From positions 1-64,000 of the forward strand of contig CAWJTV010000021.1 in assembly GCA_963845755.1 (NCBI GenBank): 64,000 nucleotides of DNA. The letters run 5' to 3'. The position numbers and the translations under genes are program-made. The notes below the pieces were generated by a model, which saw only the letters and a program-made list of their open reading frames with translations, did not search any database and had not been told where the DNA came from. This document shows, in pieces, positions 57,074-64,000 of this stretch (position 1 is its first letter; each line of letters begins with the position of its first letter). This DNA comes from an uncultured Planctomycetota bacterium (lineage in GTDB: Bacteria; Planctomycetota; Planctomycetia; Isosphaerales; Isosphaeraceae).

Positions 57074-58096
57074 ATGATGACCGAAATGTTCCCTGTTCGT
57101 TTCTGGATCACGCTCACAGTCGCGGCCCTGTCCCTCTCTCCGGCGACGCTTTCCGCCGACGATCAGGAAATTCAGAATCCTGGAAAATCCGTGCGACTCA
57201 TCTGGTTTCCGCGATTCTCGCCCGATGGCAAACGGCTGATCACGGCGCACGGCAGTTGGGACGCGAACCAAGGGGGCGAAGTCCGTCTGTGGGAGGCAGA
57301 AACGGGCAAGCCGAAATTTGTCATCACGACCGAGCGCGGTGTGCGGACTGTCGCATGGGCTCCGAATGGGAAATCATTCGTGTCGGGCGATTACGGGGGA
57401 AGCATCTTCTTCTACGACGCCGAGACGGGGAACCAAACCGATCAGATCAAACTTCCCAGAAATGTCGAGGTGCTGCAGTGTTCTCCCGACGGAAAACGTC
57501 TCTTTGCCGCCGTTGGAGACGGTTCCGTTCGGGTGTGGGAAGTCCCCTCGAAAAATCAGGTTTACACCTGGAAGATGCTTCATCGGGGAGGCATCTGGGG
57601 GATGGCCCTGTCGCCCAACGGCAAGATGCTCGCCACCGCAGGGCAAGATCATTTCGCGCGCCTCCTGGACACCGAGAATTTCAAAGTTCTGCACGAATTC
57701 GAACATCCCGCGGACGTCAACGGCGTCGTCTTCTCAAATGATAACAAAACACTGCTGACCGGCTGCGGTGACGCGGCGATTCGGGTCTTTGACGTCGCAT
57801 CGAGCCACGAGATCCGCAAACTCGAGGGGCACACCCCCGGCAGCGTCACAGATCTGGATTTCTCGCCCGACGGCAAGTTCCTGGCAAGTGGCGCCATGGA
57901 TCGCACCGTTCGCATCTGGGATCTGGTCGATTTCGAAAGTCCGAAAGTGAAGTCCACGGTCGGCGGCTTCAATGATTTTGTCTTCGGCGTCGCCATTTCT
58001 CCGAACGGGAAATGGCTGGCCGCCGTCGGCTGGGACGATCAGATCAAGCTTCTGGACCTCTCGACGGTGGAAGAAAAATGGTCTTGGAAGCGGTGA
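57074..58096 (+). CDS. Exported WD40-repeat protein (7-blade propeller)
   Basis: Signal peptide and seven FSPDG/SPNG...(W/F/L)D repeats. Confidence 0.9.
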   Translation: MMTEMFPVRFWITLTVAALSLSPATLSADDQEIQNPGKSVRLIWFPRFSPDGKRLITAHGSWDANQGGEVRLWEAETGKPKFVITTERGVRTVAWAPNGKSFVSGDYGGSIFFYDAETGNQTDQIKLPRNVEVLQCSPDGKRLFAAVGDGSVRVWEVPSKNQVYTWKMLHRGGIWGMALSPNGKMLATAGQDHFARLLDTENFKVLHEFEHPADVNGVVFSNDNKTLLTGCGDAAIRVFDVASSHEIRKLEGHTPGSVTDLDFSPDGKFLASGAMDRTVRIWDLVDFESPKVKSTVGGFNDFVFGVAISPNGKWLAAVGWDDQIKLLDLSTVEEKWSWKR

Positions 58097-58248
58097 TTTC
58101 AATATGCCCCGCGGCTTTGCCAGCGCGCCCCGAAATTCCATCCTGTCGCAGGCGCTCGTGAACGATGATCCCGATCCGTGGACAGCGGTTGACACCATCC
58201 CGTAACGCCTGTCAGCCTCGGGCCGGAAGTTCAGTGACTCCGCCGAAC

Positions 58249-59680
58249 TCATCGCCGAGGACCGTCTCCGATGATCGAAATAGGAGCTGACGGGAACGGA
58301 CCGTCAACGAGACCGTCGCTGTGGCGGATCGCCATTGTCCGGTTTGTGACCAGGATGGCCGGCCGCGAGGTCGTCCGGGCTCCGAGTTGGATCGTAAGTG
58401 CCCGCGGCACATCGGCGCAAGAGCATCGCCGTCGGGTCGGCCGAGTAGCGTTCCCCGGCGGCGGGGGCAGGACGCGATTGTATAGTAAGATCACCGAGGC
58501 TTTCGGCCGGTATCCGCGGTGCCGTTCGATCTCCTGCATGATCTCATTCAGCGGCCGGCCCTCAACGACGAAGCGGTAGATCCCCATCCAGGCTGGTGAA
58601 CGATCCATGCAGCCGTGACAATGCACGAGGATCGGCCAGGCCGATGGATCCTGCGCCAGCGCCAATGTCTGGTCGAGGAAGGCATTGGATGCCGCCGGCG
58701 AGGGATCGGAGGGGCTGGCAAGGTATCGGATCCCGTGCTCGCGAATGAACTTCAGCTCGTCGCCCAGGATCGGACTACGCTGGGCGGTTTCTTCGGGAAA
58801 GAGGTTGATGATCGTGCGGAAGTGCCGGCGTTCCTGGGCGATCTCCAGACCGCGACGGGTGGGCATGGCGCTGAGGTAGATCCGATCTGGTACGACGACC
58901 TTGAGCCGGGCCAGCGGGCGGTGATACCACGTCAGGTCGATCCCCAACACCACCAGGATCAGCCATGCCGCCGGCGCGAGGACGCCCACAACCCACCGGC
59001 TCCGCCGCGACTTCAGTCGTGGTAACAGCTCGATCAGGAGACCCAGGTCGAAGGCCAGGACGCCCAGATCATCGCCCAGCGGGGCCAGTAGCCGCGGGGC
59101 TCGATGCCCGGGATCTCAAATTGACGGGCGACTGCGAGCAAGACGGCTGCAACCCAGAGCCAGCCCGTTCCCCGGGCACGCGAGGTGTGCCAGCACTCAC
59201 GCAGTCGATCCCTGCATCGCCAGGCTGTTCCCGCAATGACGGCGGTCAGCACCAGTGCGGCCGCCAGCAGGGCCCCGCGCACGCCCAGGGCGCGCGGGGA
59301 TCGGCGATCGTCCGCCAGCCCAGGCCATGCCAGCCGTTGACCGTCGGGCCTGGCGTCGCGCTGTACCACAGACCGGCCAGGCCGATCGCCAATGCGGCTG
59401 GCCAGGATCCACGGTCCCGGATGACCGCAAGGCCGCCGGCCGCCAGGACCACGCTCGCCGCGGCGAAGTAGAGCTCGATCCGATCCAGCGTATCTCCCGG
59501 CTCCGCAAGACGGTACGCCGCGGGCGGCACGATGCTGAACCACGGCCGCTCGACCTTGGGAAACTCCGGGTCGATGTCCTCGTCGAAGTCCAGGACGTGC
59601 CAGACCGCCGGAATGATCGTCAGGGCCAGGACCAGCCAGGGCCATTGTCTTCGCAATCCCTTCAAGCCATCCCGGCTCAT
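58249..59680 (-). CDS. Multi-TM membrane protein fused to a CX5R (DSP/PTP-like) phosphatase (frameshifts at ~59290, ~59065, ~58465; exact C-terminus uncertain)
   Basis: Overlapping ORFs 59246-59680, 59034-59290 and 58249-58989 join into one protein with ~6-7 TMs, then IYLSAMP, FRTIINL and PILVHCHGCMDRS. Confidence 0.72.
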
Positions 59681-59821
59681 GCACGTCTCCTGATGGGAAG
59701 TCCTCTGCAGTAGGGTGAGGTGATCTGCGAGCAATGATATCGATCTCGGAGGCGACAATTGGTGCTCACATAGCAAACCAAGACCTTGCGTCAGAGCGAG
59801 CAGAGCCGCGCCCCTCCCGGA

Positions 59822-60754
59822 TCATGCCACCTCGTTGAGGTTGTTCGATCCGTCCCAGAAAAAATAATCATTGCTGTTGGACGGATACTGCCGGACCTGA
59901 TCCTCGAGGATTTCGAGGAAGTGGCGCACCCACTGGCCGGTTTCGCCCTTCTCGGGAGCGTCCTTGGGGACGTGGAAGGCGGGTCGGAACTCGATGTGGT
60001 AGCGGCCGTCGGGCTCCATCCGGCAGAAGACCATCACGACCGGCGCCTCGGTCATCGCGGCGAGGACGACCCAGGTCGTGGAGAACCGCATGGTCTTGCC
60101 CAGGAACGGAGCTTCCTCAGTGAGCTGACCAGTCCATCGGACGTCACCGGCGAGATAGAGCAGCAACCCGGCCTTGAGTGCGCGGGCCGCTCGGAGGATC
60201 GAGCTGGCCGAGTCGGCCGGGACCCCCTGCCGGGAAATGAACAATTTGTCCTGACCGAGCGGCCCCTCCGTCTCGAAGTGCCGGGCCATGTACCGCGAGA
60301 TGTGCCGGGGACGCTCCATGTAGAACCGGACGGGGAAGTTCTCGCGGAACAGCCAATGCGCCGGCAGCAGATGGGCTCCGAAGTGGCTGGCCAGCACGAT
60401 TCCGCCGCGACCCAGGCCGTATGCCGCGTCCAGGTGCTCGCGCCCCGACACGCGGAACATCGCGTTCGCGCGGCGGTCGGGGACGCCGTCGAGGAGCAGG
60501 TCCCGCGTCCGCCACAGCACGTGATTCCCGGCCAGCTCCCGGCTCACCTCCGGCACGTCCCACCGGCAGCCGAGGAGGGATTGCCCGCGGTTGACCGCCT
60601 GCTGGAACGTCGACCTCAGCCGGTGCGAGACACGGTACTCCATCCGCCCGATCCCCGAGACGAACCGCGATGCCACGGGCAGCGGCAGGCCGCGAATGAT
60701 CGGCAACCACATCCTGAGAAAGCCCTTACGGATGTTGAGCCCGCGTCGTTCCAT
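59822..60754 (-). CDS. Lipid A lauroyltransferase-like (LpxL/HtrB family) acyltransferase
   Basis: VSGREHLDAA...GGIVLASHFG, LAGD, APFLG, APVVMVF and LEDQVRQYP..YFFW. Confidence 0.85.
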   Translation of the reverse strand: MERRGLNIRKGFLRMWLPIIRGLPLPVASRFVSGIGRMEYRVSHRLRSTFQQAVNRGQSLLGCRWDVPEVSRELAGNHVLWRTRDLLLDGVPDRRANAMFRVSGREHLDAAYGLGRGGIVLASHFGAHLLPAHWLFRENFPVRFYMERPRHISRYMARHFETEGPLGQDKLFISRQGVPADSASSILRAARALKAGLLLYLAGDVRWTGQLTEEAPFLGKTMRFSTTWVVLAAMTEAPVVMVFCRMEPDGRYHIEFRPAFHVPKDAPEKGETGQWVRHFLEILEDQVRQYPSNSNDYFFWDGSNNLNEVA

Positions 60755-60838
60755 CGACGACCCCTCCCCACCCCATCATGCAGGATCTCTTGCGAAGTCG
60801 TCCGCGAGGGGATTCCTTCCCCCCCGGTGCGACGAATC

Positions 60839-61108
60839 TCAAGAGCCAGCCGATTCGCGCCGTTCCGTCAAGTAAGCCGCCAGGTCGGCGACCCGGCATA
60901 AGTTTGGCACAGCATCCTCCTCGATGGCAACGTCAAAATCATCCTGGAGCTGGAGGATCAGGCCGACCAGGTCGAGGGAATCGATCGCCAGGTCTTCCAC
61001 CAGGCGCGAGTCGCCGGTGATCGGGAGGCCGGCCGGGACCCTCGCGGCCTTCCGGATGACGTTGACCACCTGGGCGAGCAGGGCTGACTTGGTCATGGCC
61101 GGTGTCAT
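60839..61108 (-). CDS. Acyl carrier protein
   Basis: LVEDLAIDSLDLV phosphopantetheine site; ATG overlaps the KAS stop codon (ATGA). Confidence 0.9.
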   Translation of the reverse strand: MTPAMTKSALLAQVVNVIRKAARVPAGLPITGDSRLVEDLAIDSLDLVGLILQLQDDFDVAIEEDAVPNLCRVADLAAYLTERRESAGS

Positions 61109-62366
61109 GCTGGGATTCTCCTGAGGATCAGGGCGTTGTTGGTGCCACCGAATCCAAACGATGCGGTCAGGACGTGATCGAGTCGGGCGGCGCTGCGCCT
61201 GGTTGGGCACATAATCCAGGTCGAGCTCCGGATCGGGAAGATAGTTAATGGTCGGGGGAATGACCTGGTCGCGGAGCGCCCGGACGGAGACAGCCGCCTC
61301 GATGGCCGAGGCGGCGCCGAGGCTGTGTCCCAGTGCCCCCTTGATGGAGCTGATGGGCAGCCGCCGAGCGGCGTCCCCGAAGACCTCCTTGAGAACCCGG
61401 GTCTCCACTTGATCGTTGAGGATCGTGCTGGTGCCGTGGGCGTTATAGTAATCGATCGACGGCGGGTCCAGCCCGGCACGCTGTAACACCGTGGCGAGAC
61501 AGCGCACAATTCGCTCGTGGCAGGGCATCGCCATGTGGTAACCGTCGGAATTGGTTGACCAGGCCAGGAGCTCGGCCTGGGGCTCGAGCCCCAGTCGTCC
61601 GACGGCGGTCTCCGTGGCCAGGACTCAGCGCCCCCGCTCCCTCGGCGAGGACGAAGCCGGCACGGTCCGCGCTGAAGGGGCGGCTGGCCAGGGCCGGATC
61701 CTGCTCCGAACGATCGCCGGGCTTGCGTCCCAACAGAGCCTTCATCGTCGCGAAGCCGTTGACCACCGGCGGCGTGAATGCACTCTCCCCCGCGCCGCAA
61801 AGGGCCACATCAGCCTCGCCCGCACGCAGGAACAGCGCACCCAGGGCCACCGCGTGGCCGCCCGATGCACAGGCGTTGGCCGGCGCGGCACTAGGGCCAT
61901 AGAGCCGAAGGTGCTGGGCGATCTGTCCGGCGGCCTGATTGATGATCATCGCCGGGACCAGGTACGGGCTGATCGCCGGGCTCCGGCGTTTGATCATGCG
62001 CGCCTGCTCGGCCTCCAGCAGGTCGAGTCCACCGAAGGCCGAACCCATCACCACCGCGGCCCGATGAGGGTCCAGTTCGGCCTCCCGACGGTCCAGCCCC
62101 GACTCGGACCACGCCGACCGGGCCACCGCCATCGCCAGATGAAGGAACCGCGCCGAGAGCTTCGAAATCGCCGGATCCTCCGTGGCCGTCCCAGGCCCGA
62201 GATCGGTCACCATTCCCCCGATATCCTGGAGGAATGTCTCCGAGACCAGCGCAGGGTGCCGGCCGATCCCTGACCGCCCCGCAATCAGGCCGCGCCAGGT
62301 CGAATCCATATCGCGACCCAGGCAGGTTACTGCGGCGTGCCCCACGACGAATATCCGCTCCGTCAT
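61105..62366 (-). CDS. fabF: Beta-ketoacyl-ACP synthase, FabF-like (frameshifts at ~61625 and ~61195)
   Basis: Cys-His-His triad motifs ANACASG, NAHGTST and KGALGHSLGAA; SRPF..DRAGFVLAEGAG and SFGFGGTN. Confidence 0.85.
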
Positions 62367-62586
62367 CCCGGCCTCCCACTCCGGTTCTCGGTTCCGATCC
62401 GGCCAGTCACGCCATCAACCGGCATGCCGAAAAACCGCAAGTTTCATAATAATCGTCAGATTACTCGCAATCCCTTGAGTCGATTTCCCCGCCAGCCTGT
62501 TGATCTCACGAGGATTCTCCATTACCGAGGAACGTGCGAACCGTGCCAGATCCCATTCCCCGGCCATCAGTGATAGGCGCAAAACC

Positions 62587-63450
62587 ATGCAGCTCATCAA
62601 GTTTACTACTCACGACGACCCTACGCCCCACGTGGGTCTCGTTCAAGATGATCAGATCATTCCCCTCTTCGCGGGAAATCAATGCCTCAGTGACTTGTTG
62701 CATGCGTCCGATCGCGAGGCGGCCGTTCGTAGTCGATTGGCCGGTGCACCCGCGCCAGTGGCGGTCGGGAGGGTCCGGATCCTGGCACCTCTGGATGAGC
62801 AGGAGGTTTGGGGGGCCGGTGTGACGTATGAGCGGAGCAAGGTGGCCAGGCAGGAGGAATCGGAGCGCGGTGCCACGTTTTACGATCAGGTGTACACAGC
62901 CCCGCGTCCCGAGCTGTTCTTCAAGGCGACTTGCAGCCGGGTGGCGAACCCGGGCGAGCCGATCCGGGTCCGGCGCGACTCGAACTGGTCGGTGCCCGAG
63001 CCCGAGTTGGCCCTGGTCTTGAGTCCGGCGCTGGAGCTGGTCGGATTCACGATCGGCAACGATGTCAGCGCCCGGGACATCGAAGGGGAGAATCCGCTCT
63101 ATCTTCCGCAAGCCAAGGTCTATGACGCCTGCTGCGCCCTCGGCCCGTCGATCACGCTGGCCGGCGCCATGCCGCCGCGTGCGGAGATCGGCATTCGCCT
63201 GGACATCGACCGGGCGGGTGAGTGCGTCTATTCGGGTGCGACCTTCGTCGCCCGAATGGCCCGGCGATTCGAGGAGTTGATCGACTGGCTCGGCCGGGAC
63301 AATCGATTCCCGAACGGAGTAATCCTCCTGACCGGGACCGGGATCGTGCCACCGGACGAATTCCATCTGGAGGCTGGCGATACGGTCCGCATCACCATCG
63401 ATGGGGTTGGCACACTGGTCAACCCGGTCATCCGGGGCGATGCGCCGTGA
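62587..63450 (+). CDS. Fumarylacetoacetate hydrolase family protein (KdaD/XylX-like dehydratase)
   Basis: QEVWGAGVTY, RPELFFKA, VPEPEL, GNDVSARDIEGENPLYLPQAK and TGTGIVPP. Confidence 0.88.
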   Translation: MQLIKFTTHDDPTPHVGLVQDDQIIPLFAGNQCLSDLLHASDREAAVRSRLAGAPAPVAVGRVRILAPLDEQEVWGAGVTYERSKVARQEESERGATFYDQVYTAPRPELFFKATCSRVANPGEPIRVRRDSNWSVPEPELALVLSPALELVGFTIGNDVSARDIEGENPLYLPQAKVYDACCALGPSITLAGAMPPRAEIGIRLDIDRAGECVYSGATFVARMARRFEELIDWLGRDNRFPNGVILLTGTGIVPPDEFHLEAGDTVRITIDGVGTLVNPVIRGDAP

Positions 63451-63599
63451 ACCGGTTGCGCACGGCAGGCTTCAATATGAAACCAGCCGTGCCCTCCCTG
63501 GCGGGAGGACACGGCCGTCGAACACGTCTTCGGTAGATCCGAGGATGCGTGGAGTCAATCTAATTGGCGACACATCGAGCCGCCCATCCGTCTCTGCAA

Positions 63600-63809
63600 T
63601 CACTTCGGCTTTTCAGCCGCAGGGCCCGCCGGCGCAGGGGCCGGAGCCTTGTTCTCGGAGCCGCCAGGAGCCTTGGGAGCTCCGGCGGGAGCTCCGGCCG
63701 GAGACGTGCCCGAGGGGGTGGATTCTTCGTTGCAGCCGGCAATCACGACGAGCGACAGCATCATGCTCGAAAGGATTGAGAACACCTTGATTCCGAGCTT
63801 GATTCTCAC
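63600..63809 (-). CDS. Small Pro/Ala-rich lipoprotein
   Basis: AAGGAG RBS, GTG start, lipobox IAGC and a low-complexity tail. Confidence 0.7.
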   Translation of the reverse strand: MRIKLGIKVFSILSSMMLSLVVIAGCNEESTPSGTSPAGAPAGAPKAPGGSENKAPAPAPAGPAAEKPK

Positions 63810-64000
63810 TGTGGTTCTCCTTCGAAAAGGCGCATCGCGGCCGGACGACTCAAGATTGTTCACCCAGGCGGCACACACGCCGCAACGCCGTAACTCGGTG
63901 TGATATTACGGGAGAGACTCTGGCCGCGTCTCATCACGGGGTCGGATTATAGTGAAGGACAGCTCCCGTTCGCAACGGATTAATTCGTTTTTCCTTCCGG

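Noticed and set aside
60839..61534. Apparent KAS-ACP fusion (mini-PKS) in the ORF track
   Set aside because: Artefact of the ~61195 frameshift. The true KAS C-terminus (SFGFGGTN...RRIPA*) ends at 61105 and the ACP has its own ATG at 61108.
13059..62366. Calling the frameshifted genes pseudogenes or programmed frameshifts
   Set aside because: Motifs are intact on both sides of each break, and the indels are scattered without a shared slippery motif. Sequencing error is the simpler explanation.
1..64000. CRISPR array, tRNA or rRNA genes
   Set aside because: No regularly spaced 25-45-bp repeats and no cloverleaf or rRNA signatures were recognised. The heptamer arrays lack spacers.

Overview
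High-GC bacterial DNA, almost certainly from a planctomycete. DUF1559 prepilin/H-X9-DG genes, a sigma factor with a C-terminal extension, DUF2617 and the REP types point to an Isosphaeraceae-like genome; this is inferred from sequence features only. About 45 genes are supported. The window opens with a complete Mutator-like (ISKra4-type) IS with 19-bp IRs and a 9-bp target duplication. It then contains AsmA-like, clpC, MMPL, an esterase, an RlmN-like enzyme, degP, an AlaC-like aminotransferase, PIN/TRAM, HIT, a stand-alone fusA, a large TlpA-family protein and two DUF1559 genes. A minus-strand run follows: methyltransferase, GT39-like protein, CDP-alcohol phosphotransferase, oxidoreductase, histidine kinase, epimerase and ABC permease. 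The rest holds an ADP-ribosylglycohydrolase, an ABC1 kinase, lptFG, a P450, a sigma-70/RND-adaptor fusion, a WD40 protein and a KAS-ACP-acyltransferase-membrane phosphatase cluster. About two dozen single-base indels break otherwise intact genes, which fits uncorrected long-read errors better than real pseudogenes. The best candidate for an undescribed system is the fabF-like/ACP/atypical LpxL-like/multi-TM CX5R phosphatase cluster. It appears once to have been contiguous with an aminotransferase and lptFG, and is now separated from them by a ~6-kb cargo bounded by a degenerate duplicate of the phosphatase 3' end. No rRNA, tRNA or CRISPR array was recognised.
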